Positions 1-14,000 of a DNA stretch of 64,000 nucleotides are shown here, piece by piece. The position numbers and the translations under genes are program-made. The notes beneath the pieces were generated by a model, which saw nothing but the letters and a program-made list of their open reading frames with translations, did not search any database and had not been told where the DNA came from. Within the stretch, counting starts at the first letter, position 1; the number at the start of each line of letters is the position of its first letter. This stretch comes from Ptychomitrium polyphyllum (taxonomy: Eukaryota): NCBI GenBank assembly GCA_973851085.1, contig OZ316776.1, positions 14,136,001 to 14,200,000 of the forward strand, written 5' to 3'.

Positions 1-239
1 CCGGTTTGAGCAATCTTTAGCATTTTAGAATCAGCTCTTCGTGAGTCCTCTAATGCCCAAAATTTCTCTGTTGTAGCCCTTGGTCTACATGGGCAAGGAT
101 ATATCTCTCCTCGGGGTCTTTCCCACTCTAGGCCCACTCGATTCTCCTCATTATTGGCGCCACAAGTCCCGGACGTCACTCCGGGGTCCTCCTTATACCC
201 TTAGTGTTGCAGACACTCCTCAAAGAGAGGTGCGTGACA
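1..239 (-). mobile_element. 5' end of an LTR of the tRNA-Met-primed Gypsy family (same family as 59668-60810), truncated by window start
   Basis: Reverse complement begins TGTCACGCACCTCTCTTTGAGGAGTGTCTGCAACACTAAGGG, matching the LTR starts at 59668 (+) and 38423 (-). Confidence 0.85.
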
Positions 240-747
240 TTGGAAGTTTTCCAAATCCAAGATAAGTTTCTTGGAAGTTTTCCAAGTCAAGAAAACTTCC
301 TTGGAAGCTTCTGAAATACTTTAAGAACATTTCTAGATGCTTCCAATTTGTATATTTTTGACAATATTTGGACTTGATATTAAAAATCAAAAATCACAAC
401 AAGATATAAGGCCTAAAAATCTGAGCTAAACTATAAGAGATGCGTCGTTATGACTAAAGATTCTTTTAGCCTTAACTCTTATATAAATCATAGATCTAGA
501 ATCCCTTGGAAGTTTTTCAAGAGGTTCACAATACACTGCTTTGTATTGAATCAAATTAAAATTGCATTTTTGAAAGCTTACTTAACATATTTTGATATTT
601 TAAAATGAAGTTAGCTATTTCAATAACTTCTTAGAGATGCTTGAATCTTCTTAGAACCTTTTTTGATCTTCTACAAATATTTTCAAATTCTTTGGACCTT
701 CTTAATTCTTTTAAAAGTTTTAATATATGTTCCAAATAACCAATGAT

Positions 748-1506
748 TGTCGCAGATATACATTATACAACATAATCCTAAAGAACCTTTCAATAGCTTT
801 TTACTAGCTTTAAAAACCTTTTAGTAGTTTCAATAATCTTTTATTTTTATTTTTAAATTTCTTAAAAAGTTCCATCGACCTCTAATGTCACGGATATATA
901 TATATATATTAGAAGCTCTTAGAGAGATTCTTAACAGACTTAAAAAAGCCAAAGAAACTTCCAAAAAAATTATTTTATCTAAAAAAGCTTCTAAAGAAGT
1001 TACCTTGGTTGAAAAGCTTCTAAAGAAGTATTTCAAGGTTACTTGAATACAAAGCATTGTATTAGAAGCTTCTTAAGAAGCTTCCAAGGTTTGTAACTCT
1101 ATTATATATTGGAATCAACACATCTCTTTAAGCTTAGCTTAGAATATCTAATCTTGTTTCTGTTACTTTGTTTTAGCTATTTGCTTCTAATACAAATTAG
1201 AAAATCTTATTTCACATCCTAAAGATTTGTACTTTTGTCTTGTTGTTACTCTATTCATAACATCTAGAACATTCTATGGATTTATAAGGTGCACTTTTTT
1301 ATATGTATTAGGAAGCATGGATTTTGTGATATAAATAAGATATAAGATAAGGTACACTTCTTTCTTACCAAGATAAATCATAGACCATTATCTATAATGT
1401 TGCTTTATTCCAATTCTTATATTAGTTGATTTTATACTATAGTCTCTTAAAAAGTAATAATGAAAATTAGTGCTTGTTTATATTCTTGTTTCTTGTAATT
1501 CTAATA
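748..1506 (+). mobile_element. Highly degenerate LTR related to the element A/B LTRs, interrupted by a nested solo LTR
   Basis: Start TGTCGCAGATATACATTATACAACATAATCC resembles the A-LTR start TGTCACGGACATAGATTATGCAACATAGTCC. The TATAAATAAGATATAAGATAAGGTAC...CTTACCAAG block at ~1330 resembles A's TATAAATAGGAGGCAAGACAAGGTATT...CTTGCCAAC. Right end approximate. Confidence 0.55.
886..1262 (+). mobile_element. Probable solo LTR (~377 bp)
   Basis: TGTCACGG...TAACA termini, flanked by TCTAA (881-885) and TCTAG (1263-1267), a 4/5 target-site duplication. Confidence 0.6.
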
Positions 1507-2519
1507 TTCACTCAATAAGGCATTTGAAATTTTATTATACATGGTCTTTTTTATTATAGCTATAGTTGTTTTTTTCTCTATTGCTAACAAATAAATTAAC
1601 ATAATCAATGACATGCAAGCTAATTCCAATTTACAAATATAGACCAAAAATAATAATATAAAAAAACCTTATCATTTTTATCACAATTAATTCTTTATTA
1701 CTTACAATAATTTAAAATAAAATCTAAAGGCTTAAATTTTAAAATATTAGAGATTTTAATGGTAAAAGCTTTTAATTCCATCACTTCCATTTTGGAAGGG
1801 TAGTGGCTCTTATTCAATACTATTTAGTTTTTTCACAACTAAATTAGAATGATTACAAATCCTTCAAAATAAAGACATTTTAGATAAATTATTTTTTTGC
1901 AATTAAGACAATAGTTTGATATAAAGAAGGATTTCTTGTAATAGTGCATATGACATCCCACCATGATGAAAATTGATTGTATAAAATAAAAAATACTCTA
2001 CATTTTTTATATATTAATAATTGAGTTTTAAAATACAATGAAAAAAAATTAAATTCTTTAATATGGAGTTTCTTGTTTGTCTTGAAGTTTCTCTATCATT
2101 ATTCTTTTTTAGAGTCCTTCAACAATCAATTGTATGGATAGTTGGAAGGATTGAATGTAATGTTTTTTTGGTCACAATAGTTGAATGGAATATTAATCTT
2201 AAGGGTAAAACATTAAAACATAGAGTTTAATAGCATTAAAATTCTATACATGTTATACATGTTATGTGAAGATGTTATGAGCTTTTGCACTCCATTCAAC
2301 AACAACACAATGTAGTATGGCATTAGAACGGTTGGTTGGGGTTGGGAGGATGGGAGAAAGGTTGACAAGACGGTTTAACGATCGTGATGGTGCGCGGAGA
2401 TGGGGCAAGCCGGAGTGAAGGGGTTGGGGGGGCTGTGGCGGCTGGGCGAGGGCGAGGGCAGATGGCAGATGGACGCGGACGCGGAGCTTGGAAGGAAGCC
2501 TGGCACACACATTCACTCC

Positions 2520-2570
2520 CTCACACTCACACTCGCACTCACACTCACACTCACACTCACACTCACACTT
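2520..2570. repeat. (CACACT)n microsatellite in GC-rich promoter region
   Basis: About 8 tandem CACACT units. Source of the HSHSH/LTLTL/CECEC ORFs. Confidence 0.9.
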
Positions 2571-2850
2571 ACTGCAGTGCACTGCATTGTGCGGCGCACG
2601 GAGCAGTGCGGTCGGAGTGTGTCGTGGGCCTGCGTCCAGGCGGCGGAAGGCGGAAGGGCCAGGGACAAAACCAGGGGCCTGGGTGCGACGCAGCCAGGGG
2701 ACTCGCGCGTAGCCTGGATGCATTGCATGGCGCGTGGCATGGCAGGGCATGGCACTCCATTGCATTTGCGTTGCATGAACCATGAGGCGAAGGGAGGGCA
2801 AGGACGACAGTAGGTTAAGAAAGCGGAGAGGGCGTGTTCTCATTCTCACC

Positions 2851-2880
2851 GGTTTAGGGTTTTAAGGGTTTAAGGGTTTT
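2851..2880 (+). promoter_or_regulatory. Telo-box cluster upstream of the WD40 gene
   Basis: GGTTTAGGGTTTTAAGGGTTTAAGGGTTTT: one perfect TAGGGTTT (reverse complement of AAACCCTA) plus two variants. A TGGGCC site-II-like motif lies at ~2625. Confidence 0.6.
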
Positions 2881-2925
2881 ATGGTCGCGGAGTCGCAGCA
2901 GCACATTGTTGCCACTCTATTGCGC

Positions 2926-5900
2926 ATGGCCATGGAGGGAACGGGCGAGGTGGTGTTGTGCTGCTCCCCGTTGGATGCGGGCGTCACGCTCTGGGACTTG
3001 AGCTCTGGTGTCGTTCTCTCGCAACTCCGTACCTGCGCCGCGCCCCGCAATGCGCTCGCCCTCGTCGGCCCCAACTTCTTAGCCGCCGCGCAGTACCACA
3101 AGCCTGGCCAACAACAAGGTGGCGCCGTCCACTTCTGGACTTGGCAGAAGGTCAGCCTGCCTGACTAACTTACTACCACGCATTATGCTTCAACCCCATG
3201 GCTGAGAGTGCGCACTGCCGTTTACTACTTATGGCACAGCGTTTAGACAAGTTACAAGGTCTTGTCGCGCAGCAGAGTTTTAGTTAAATCACGTTAGACA
3301 TGTGCATTAGATAATTACATTCGTCGAGGACGTTTGTGATGTGGTAGATCACGTTCTTTAACTTTCACGTCTGTGTTCGGGGAGCAGAACCAGGTTGCAT
3401 TTAAGAGCTACCCGATGGAGCCCATTGGCCCTCTTGCAACCACCAGCGATGGAGCTTACCTTGCCGGTGGTGGTGCGTCTGGCCGAATCTATTTCTGGGA
3501 GGTGGGTTTTGTAATCTGTGCTTTCTTATGTTCATATTACGGAAGAAGTCATTTACCAGGCCGACATGGATCTTATCTATCCAGCAGGAGCTTGGTGGTA
3601 CTTGAGTTCTTCTAGGGGCAGGATGGTGCTGTGTGTTCAGTACCCTATTCCAAAGGAGTGTCAATCCGCTTAATCAGGCTATGCTGATTTTGCTTTTCCA
3701 TTTATTTTGGTGTGTGCTAGGTGGCCACCGGGCGGTTGCTAAGGCTTTGGCCAGCTCATTACAAGAACGTCAGTTGCTTAGTTTTTTCTGATGACGATTC
3801 ATTGCTCATCTCTGGAGCGGATGACGGCCTCATTAATGTCTGGCCTCTTCTCAGGTTCTTTTCTTTGACTGTCATTTCAACCGTTGTTTAGTACATGGCT
3901 TGTGCCAATAGAAATGTGTTTGGATCGAGCAACTCCAAAAGACGAGCTAATTTCAAGTAGTAGGAATATATTTGTCTTCCATTATCTTGCTTTTCAATAT
4001 GCCTCTTCTTGTTCTATAGCCCTAAATCTTGGTCACCACATCTGTTGTTTGCGATCGAATCATCGTCTTATCCGTCTGGTACGGTGCTGATTGCTGTCGT
4101 GTATATCACATTTTTACAGGGTTTTGGATACGGGAGAAGATGGTCAAGGAGCAGAAGGACAAGTCCCTGCTATGTATGGGTGGTCTGATCACACTTTACC
4201 AGTGACGGGACTTCTTGCAGGCTCTGGTGGCCCGAGTGCGATTGTCGTTTCTTGCTCTTTGGACCATACATGCAAGGTGACCCTTCCATACTATTTTAAG
4301 ATCTCCTGTCGCATGTTAAACACATTCTCAAGTAACAACTCTTAGCCCTCTGAGGAATTGAATAAATAAAATGAATGAAGTTGCAAACCTCTACAAGTAT
4401 GCTAGAGGACTATTAGGTGTTATTTTGCAGCTGTATCATGTTTATTTGTATATCTATTAGTGCAACAAGCTCCTTTTTTTTGTTTCTTTTCGGTTTGATG
4501 TTTTCTAAGTTGTTCAGGATTGCATGTCTACAGATTTGGAGCCTTTCTCTTGGAACTCTACTAAGGTCAATAGTTTTTCCAACAGCGTTAAATGCTGTTG
4601 TATTAGACCCTGGAGAGTATGCGCTGTATGCGGGTGGTGCAGATGGCAGGATTTTTATCACTGCCCTGAATTTTGGGGTGCCTACTACGTCTGGCATTCT
4701 CGCTGATGGAGTTCTTGGCACCGATGCTGTTCTTATTGGCCATAGGTAAAGAGATGTTAATACTATATTGTTTTTATTTTTAGTTACGTTTACTTATCAA
4801 ATATAACTGTTGTAAAGTACTCTATTACCTCAATGATCATGATTGGATCACATTTCATGTCTTTATGTATTTGTTTGTTATTTGAGTGAATATAATTAAT
4901 TTATCTTCTTGCATCCCTTCTTGTTCTCGTCTAAATAGCCGAGCAGTTACTTCACTCGCCTTCAGTATGGATGGGGTATCTTTAGTTTCGGGATCTGAGG
5001 ACTGCACCGTGCGTCTCTGGGATACAACAAGCAAACAAGTTTTAAGAACCTTCACACACAACAAAGGTGGGTTCTTGTTCATGTTCGCATGCATGAAGCA
5101 CATCATGCAACTTATTACATCTCTTATCAATATGCTACTTATACCTATTGTATTTGTACATATGGTTAAATTTTATGTTTTGAACGTGTATACCAAATTG
5201 TTTTTGAATTTTAGAGTGGTGGAGAATGCCATTCAATTGATCCAATTCGGTGCACCCTGGAATTTCTTCACATGAATGATAACCAGCTGAACTATAGTCT
5301 TTGCTCTTGCTATTGTTATCTAACCAACTGAAAATATTAAGGTTACTTCTTTCATGGTGTTGCTGACGTCTTCATTTTCTGGTGACTAATGCAGGACCTA
5401 TTAGTTGCTTGCTAGTGTTCCCACGACCTCCTCTATTGTCACACGGCACACAGCAGGGGCGATCTATGAACAGGCAAATTCCAATAATTCCAGTGGTACC
5501 TTTAAGTAAATACGTTGCGTCAGATGTGGTGCCTTATGAATCAAACCCTTGGGAAGGTCCATTGGTTGTACTTCCTTCTTCTTATCCCGAAGACGAGGAT
5601 TCTGAGTGCCATTCGTATAGCTCTGCAGCTATGGAGCGCCAAATACAAGAGCTAGAGGTTAATTCTCTTGAAGCGAGTCTCCTTTATACTCTGCTAGTTG
5701 CAGTCTCTTTTCTTGTGATGTAATTTATGTAATTCTTTTGCATGTCATGATTGGTAGTAGCTTCGTTCTGCCTAATGTCTTAAAATGTCTTAGAAATCTG
5801 CACTTCATTAATGGTACTTTCAGTTTCTGGATATGTGACCTACCAAAGATTTTGGTTTGAAATTCATGAAGTCTATACTAATATGGAGGTCGTTTTGGAC

Positions 5901-6124
5901 AGCAACAAGGGTCTACAGCAGCAATGCAAATGGAATTAGAAAGGTTAAGGTCGGAGTTGCGCCGGGCTTTGAATAATGGCCAGCAATGGCAACAACTGCA
6001 TCAGGAGCTATATTGCTTCTGTGTAGATGAGCTTATGGGTGGAAACAAGGAGAGAGTTGAGGATGAAGAGAAAGACGAGGGAAGACCTTATCAACCACCT
6101 TTAATAAGGTGCGGAGAAAGATAA
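2926..6124 (+). CDS. RID3: WD40-repeat protein, ROOT INITIATION DEFECTIVE 3 / IPI3 / WDR18-like (Rix1 complex, pre-rRNA processing), 8 exons
   Basis: GT-AG exons ~2926-3150, 3388-3501, 3721-3854, 4120-4276, 4534-4745, 4939-5066, 5395-5657, 5903-6124. WD repeats (GGASGRIYFWEV, AHYKNVSCLVFSDDDSLLISGADDG, DHTLPVTGL, SLDHTCKIW, SGSEDCTVRLWD) and a C-terminal coiled coil (QMELERLRSEL...QQWQQLHQEL). Start could be the ATG at 2881, 2926 or 2932. Confidence 0.85.
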
Positions 6125-8097
6125 AGAGAACCTTCAAGTAAGGGGAAAGGCGTTTATAAGTTGCGGGATAACTGCTACGGTTTCGTCAGGCCGCTAGATG
6201 TTCTGCTGGGTCCGGAAAATTAGACGAAAATTTTGACACCCTTCATTTTTACTTGGAGAGAATTGATTTATCGATAGTTTAAAGAGTTAGTGAGATTCAT
6301 GTTATGGAACAGTTGTCATCGCATCGTTTTTGCTTTGATGCAGTTACATTTTAACCAAAGTTATCAGTTTAATACACCTTTTGCTTCTATTGATCGATAG
6401 AGTGAAACTGTGCAGGTTTGTTGAATGTTATGCAATGAATATAACATTGCAGTTTAAGCTTAGCAGGTTGCTCCATCAATTGGAAGTGTTGAGGTTGATG
6501 TATTTTACACTTCCTTTAGGTTAATCTGGTGTTAGGACCTGACCATTTTGCTACTCAACATACGTAACTGACTTTGCGTCATATGTCCGAACATTCAGGA
6601 CACTTTTGCTTTGTAAATTTTTTTTGAGAATGGTTTGAGAATGGACTGATTCTTTGGTCTCTTCATATTTACACTCAGGCGTTCACTAATAAACCATATA
6701 AGGAACGAATACTAATGTATTGTGTTTGAAACTTTGCCTTTTCCCTATTTCCTTGTCAGGGTTTAGAGTGTACAACATGAGATGAACACCTTTTAATGTA
6801 AATCTGCGTGTATTCTTTGTAACATGTCCTGATTTAGCCTAAGCTATGTTTTTAGCTGATTAAAACTAGTGCATTGTAGATGGGCTTAGGGAAGACGCTG
6901 CAGTCTATTGAAATAATGGTGAAAGAGGGTTATAACTCATGTTGCCTAGTTGAGCAATAACCCTCTTGAGTAACCAGGTCTGGAAAACGCCATGTTGGCA
7001 GCTATAACTCACTATCATTCACAATATTATTTGTTCTACATAGTTTTGGCGTCTTCCTTTTGTGTCTTCTCTTAACCCTTTAGTGCCCACAAGGCCTGAA
7101 CTTGGTCACTTCCACGTGCTGAAAAGACAAGCATTTGCTGAACCCCAATACTAATTAAGAAGGATGTGGTGCATAGTACTTTGTCACTGGAAACGCTTGC
7201 CCAGAAAGGCAAGGCAAACGCAATTGCCCAAGTCAGCTTACATAGATTAATTTTCCTACATCCACATTGCGACCAGCTGATTTGCTCAGAACTAGCAATG
7301 ACTTTGATATGAACAATTTGACAGTAAGACAGGAGAGTCAGGTTACATAACAAAAAATTCCACTCCAAAATGAATAGGTATAGAAGATACAATTAAGCTT
7401 CTCATGTATTGATATGACAATCTTTGACATCCCCACCAGGGTAGTCCAGTAACAGGACTTATATGAGCTGTTTCTAAAGTCCATACTATGATTTCTTAGC
7501 TCTTGGAGGCTCTGCGATGGAGAAAAATTAACCTAGAATATGGAATCTGAATGTGACATCTCCATTACGCCATTCTCACCTTGGTGACACAAAACGTACG
7601 TAGCTACATAATTAGTTTCATTTACGCCTCCCTTGTGACGTTTCTTACAATTACATGAAGGCCTACTTGGTTGAGAACATTTTTGAGAAAAATCAGCATT
7701 TCCAGGTTGCACTCTGAAAGGCTCAATGCCAGGTCCAAAATTGAAGACCTCTTCTAAACTGCATGTTTCTTGTTGTCACATTGTATACGCCGCAAACCAC
7801 TTGATCACAGTGGAGCTGCAGGAAGACCGCCAAGGAGGTAGCCTGTTCAGAAACGTATAAATCAACCCACCTCAGACATGTACGAAGACTGCTGCTGCCA
7901 TCGAAAACAGTTCAACGTCATGTGACCTGTAACAGACTCCAGTGGTAACTTTGCTGTTCATAGATGCCTTCCCATGCTTGATAACCTGGAATTAAAATAC
8001 GATCCTCTGGACCCTGGTTCGCTGCTTGAACTTTGCATGAACTTGGTCAGTGCCGAGTTGAAATCCATAGGTGAGACTGGGCCAAGCATGAAGAACC

Positions 8098-11000
8098 TCA
8101 GGAGTGCCGATGCTGCCGTAAGGTTCTACTAAATTGGGGTTGCATCAAACGAGCATATAGCCCACACTTGTTCATCAACTCATCATGGCTACCTTGATCA
8201 TCAACTTCCCCGTCATGCAACATTGCAACCATGTCCACACGTCGGAGCATGGCTAGCCTGTGGGCTACTACAACAGTAGTTCGATTCCCTACGATCAGTT
8301 GGTCTATAGCCTCATTGACTACTTTGCTTGACTCAGCCTCCAGGAGTGACGTTGGTTCATCAATAAGTAAGAGAGGAGCATTTTTCAATACTGTCCGTGC
8401 AATGGCGATTCTTAGCCGCTGACCAGGTGTCATTTGTATCCCCTGCTCTCCAATTATTGTGTCATAACCGTGCGGCAAACTGCTAATAAAGTGGTGAGCA
8501 TTTGCAATCCTTGACGCTTCCTTGATTTCAGCTTCAGTGGCGTTGTGTCGTCCATATATGATGTTATTGCGGATTGATGTTGAAAAGAGGACAGGTTCTT
8601 GGGGGACCATCCCTATGTGGCTGCGTAGCCATCGCAGATTGAAGTTCTTCAAATCATTCCCATCAAGCATTATTCTCCCGCCTGTAGGCTCGTAGAATCT
8701 TACCAGCAGGGCAAGGACAGTGCTCTTACCAGAACCTGCAGTCCCCACAATTGCTACGGTCTGCCCTGCCTCCACTTTCAGGTTGAAACGTGTCAAAATA
8801 GGTACCTCTGGCCGAACTGGATATCTGCGATCGCAGTGCAACTGGTAAGCTCGCGTCGAATGCACTTTGATGGTAAATCAGAAATACAATGTTGCAACCC
8901 GGACAAGAACAACTATTCTACGTCTACAAATATATCGGTAATTTGAAGGTTTCTTTAGAGTAAACGCACCTGAATCCCACATGACGAAATTCAATACGGC
9001 CAGCCATGAAGGGCGGCTTTAAACCCTCCTCATCAGTTGGCATTGTCAAGCCCCGATCCAGGATACTAAAGACTGGAGCAATCGACTTACGCCGCCTCAT
9101 TATGACGGGCCCTAACCCAAAAGCCTCAACTAGAACAAAGGTGGTGAAGGTGAATACAAGGAACGCTTTCAGTAAATTGGGGAAACTTGAGTCCTGCTGT
9201 CTTTTGACGAGTAATGAACCATAATATAGGACGAGGGCATTGCAAGCAAACAGAAAAAATTGAGCTGCCCCATAAAGACATCCATATATTTGGCCCCTAA
9301 TTAGGCTTCTCCGTAGTGGCGTCTTTAGCTCGTTGTGGAAAAGATTGAGAATCTTCAAACCACCAGAAAATGACATCACAGTGTGCATGTTCGCAACAGC
9401 CTCCTCTAAGATCTGCCGTGCATCTTTATGAGCATCCCTCACATCTCCTGAAAACCCCGAATTCCACATTTGCTGCAAGAACACCGGTTAAAGTCGTTTA
9501 GGTGCAGGACTGCAATTACCAAGAGAATAGCGCCACATCAATATACAAATATCCAGATCTCGCTGTTTACTCAGGTCACCCACACCGAACTTGCACAATA
9601 TTACTTAAGGCAACATCTGAGATGCACAACCTCCTTAAGACCACTACAAAATCACAATGCTTAACATACTGCCTTCTAGGAGATATAAAGAGATAAACCT
9701 GTGTTATTGATGCAAAGGCAAGTAATGGTATTGTAGCGAGCACAACAAGCCCAAACCGCCACTCTAGAACCAATGCCAGTGCAAGGGCAACGAAGACAGC
9801 AGCGATGTCCTGAATAAACACTGACAGACGATTGCTGAATGTAGCCTTCACATAGGCAGCATCATGTCCTAGTCGTATGGATAGCACTTCTGGAGAGTTT
9901 TCTTCTTTGTCAAACCAGCCAACCTCATTTCGCAACATTGCTGCCAAAAGGCCGAAAGGAAAAAAGGATTGATAAGTCACCTACTCATTAAGATGATTGA
10001 GAAGGAATGATGCAAAGCTAAGCGTTCAGAATCTAATCACGAAGGAAATAACAAGGAAAAGAAGTGAACAAATGTAATAAGTGATTCTAAAGCCTTAATG
10101 AATAAAACAGATATAAATTGACGAAAAACAGTATTGATATTTGAAAGTGATCGGACAAAAAATAACAGCTTCAATATAAACTTATTAGGTACCTGAGAAC
10201 ATGAGCCGACGGACTCGTTCGGTCATCTTTTCCCCCATAATTCCGAAATAAAAGTGCTGCAGAAAGTTTGCTAAGATGGTTGCTAGAGCCAATCCCACAA
10301 GTATCGAACACCATTTGCTCAGCTCATGACGCAACCCACTTTGGCTCGAGTAATAGTAGACCTCAGCGATTTGAACCAGCAAAAACGCGAAGAGGGGATT
10401 GAGAGACCCAAAAAGAATAGCTCCCAAACTTCCTAAGAAGGCACAGAACCACTCCGGTGAACTTAACTTCGCAAGTTTCCAAAGCGAAGGTATGCTTGCG
10501 CTCGCAGGTTCATCTTCGTAGATCTGGAAATCCTTGTACTGAGAAGGCGATCTACTAAACGTCTTGGAATGAGATCGTTCATCTTCTGGATCAGTTAAGA
10601 GAGGGGATATAGGAGACTCCGGACGGAAAGAGTTGGACGTCTGCCGTTGCAAGTTGATTTGCGAAAGAGACTCACTGTATGCATTGTCGAAGCTGTCCTG
10701 CCTCTTGACAGACTGTTCGGATTTCACGCTTTGCATCTCAACATTACCGTTATCATTCTCTCTGGAATTTTGTACAGAAGGGAGATTTAAATTAGAGGGT
10801 TGTGAATCAGCAGAAGCAAGGAAGTCGGGTCGATCTCGAACACAATTTTGTCGCTTCAAGGACGGCGATTTCACCATGCGCGGAGATGGTGGCTTACTAT
10901 AATTCGGCGATATACAGTCTTGTGGTGGTGGAGGTACGAAAAGCCTTGGTGGAGGTCTACAGCCAACAATCAAGAAAATCAACGTCAATAGACAATACAC

Positions 11001-14000
11001 TAAGACAACTAGCAACGCTCATAGCTGGTAAATCACCTCATATAACAGACTACTCTAATTCTAATACCAGCAAGCAGACGTCAGACAGTCTCACGTCTCA
11101 TACACTAGTGGAGCCGATGAGATTAAATAAATAAACAAGATACCCGAAATCGCAAAATGACACTATCATGAGGACTTCAACCCATGATTGTGAGATAAAG
11201 TGACCTTTGCTTTTACAAGTTCAGCTCACCTTCTAGGTTGTTTCGCAGTTTCCTGTAGTCGAATCAAATCAATGTAAGCGCCATCTAGTCTCATCAGTTC
11301 ATCATGTGTTCCCATTTCCACGAGCTGCCCTTCATCCAGAACAGCAATCACATCGGCATTACGTATACTTGAGAGACGATGTGCTATTACTATGGATGAC
11401 CTGCCCAACATTAAGATATCCAGAGCATGTTGAACGTTCTGTGCTGCTTCCATGTCCAACGTGCCTGTTGCTTCATCGAGCAGGAGAATGCGAGGGTTCT
11501 TGAGAACCGCTCTGGCAATTGCTATTTTCACCTTTCTCTCTTCTGAAAGTTTAAGCCTGCAATCGCCCACCTGCAATGTAGTAAAACCACGTAAGACTGA
11601 CAAGCAAGTTCAAGTCTAGTCGTAATTTCAAGTTCCTCAATGCTCGTGCAAATAATGAATCAGCAACAAAAGAAAGATCACACATCATAAGCAGGACCCA
11701 ACAATCTATCGTATTAGCTTGTGGTGATAACTAGTCATTGACAGCAAAGATAAAAACACAACAGCCGTTTCAATCATTCCTGGATACAAAAGGGGATCGA
11801 CATAATAAGCACGAGTTCATTACCTGCGTTTCATATCCTTCTGGAAGAGAGCTGATGAACGTATGAGCATGTGCAATTTTTGCAGCCTCTTCAATATCAT
11901 CTATACTAGCTTCACGACCATAGCAAATGTTCTCCATGATGCTTCCCTTAAAAAGTGCGGGCTCCTGGCTCACCAATCCTATTTGACTTCGAAGCCATTC
12001 TACCTTCAGATTTTTAATGTTTTCTCCATCTAGAAGTACCTCACCTGCAGTTATAAAAAATTTAAATGTAGACTAGTTAAGAAAAAAAGTTGAGAAAGAT
12101 TAAGATGAGAACACAACTGCAGGAAATACACGGAAGCTCCTCTAAGTATACATTGGAGGCAGATATTTCTTGTCGGATTAGGCATTTATAGACAGTAAGT
12201 GGAAGACAGTTTCACAATCAGCAGGGATATAATGTCAAAATATCCTTTCTACGCGTCTAACGATACCAGACTCCCCTTTTCCCAGATCAAGTAACAAATC
12301 ACAATTGCTTGATAGAAGAAACTTCTCTTGTAAGAGTTAAGACATGCATCCTAACAAACTTCAATAGTGCTCCTCTAAATCGTTTTCTGAACCATTTGAT
12401 ATTACACAGAGGACTTCCTTGCCAACACAAATCCAATTAACTAGAGCGTCTTCAAAACCGATATGCACCCGAGAATGTTGAAAAGTACTGACCCAGTGTA
12501 GGATCGTAGAAGCGCTCGATCAAGGCAATAATACTGCTCTTCCCAGATCCATTGCTACCTGCAAGTGCCAAGGTCTTCCTTGCAGGAAGAGAAAGATAAA
12601 GCCCACTGAGTACAGGTACATCTGGTCGTGATGGATAGCTAAAATAGACATTGCGAAGTTCGATATTTCCTTGTACATCAAGTAATGTAACTTCCCCCTC
12701 GACGTCACTGCTACTTGCCGTGGGCTTTGAAACGAAAGCTGCAAAGAGCCTGTGTGCAGCTATCTGACCCTGCTCAAAGACCTGGAAATTTGTGGCCGAC
12801 TGATTCAGGCCGCTGTGTCAAATATAAACAAACAACGGGATTGTTATGAATATTCAAAGAGACGCCAAGAAACAGCCTTAACAGTGGCGAATCTCAAAAC
12901 AGCAATTGTAGAAAGACAAAACTATTATACTGGAATGGCAAGTATGAATGTAACTTAAGAATACCAAAAGTCTCAGAGGACATAGCTTTGACAACCAATT
13001 ACACAAGATACAACAGGAGATGCGTAAGTCGAAATATATGAAACAAGGTAACAGATGTTGACTTGACTAACTTGGTGCAAGCCTAGAATTTCATACTCAC
13101 TGCTTTCATCATAGCTTGTCAAGTGACATCTAGGGGATACTTGAGTTTCAAAGAACCATTTAAGACAGAAGGGAAAAATTAGAACTCACATTCCACTTAG
13201 TATGATGGCAAACAGGGCCACAAAAATTTGGCCACCATCGGATTTGCTAGAAATAACGAGATAATGCCCAACCCACAGCTGCAACGCACAGGAACAGATA
13301 GCAATCCCATAGATAAACCCCAGGCCAAGGCCTTGCACCAGGCTAATCTGCACCCCATATTGCAGTGTGGGCTGCAACGCATTGGCATATGCATATTTCA
13401 CAACTGTCTCATTGGCAAACGCATAAACTGTCCGTATGTACAACAGTGCCTGTAGGAAAAAAAAGTAGAAACAAGTAGTTAAGACATCCGGATTTGTGCT
13501 TCGTCCAAATTTCTGTACAGAACAATTTAAGCTGCTTAAATAAAAAAAAAACCCTCTTATAAAAAATAACACATTATTGAATGACGACGAATTATTGAAT
13601 ATCCCATATCTTGGGAAACCCATCACAGTACAAGTAACCAAAATCAAATGGTTGTATCGATTGTAGTTAAAACACAGGAACAGAACCAATTTCAAAAATT
13701 AGAATACGGCAACATTTCAAGCGAACATACTAACAGCTGCCATGCAGCGCATTATTAAGAAACGCAAAGAATAACAAACCTGCTCAGCAATGCTAGCAGC
13801 CTCAGAGTAGGAATCATGTACATGCTCTGCAAGCCGGGTAAGAGCAATATTGGATATAACACCAGCAGCTACGATAAAAGGCCCAGTAGCAAGTGTCAAC
13901 AGGGAAATCTGCCAACAGCTAACGAATCCAACAGTGACACTACCCACACATGTTGCCATGTTGTGAATGTAGTTACCCACCTGTCATCATCAATGAATTC

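Noticed and set aside
2262..2849. Multiple overlapping ORFs with HS/LT/CE dipeptide repeats
   Set aside because: By-product of a GC-rich promoter and the (CACACT)n tract.
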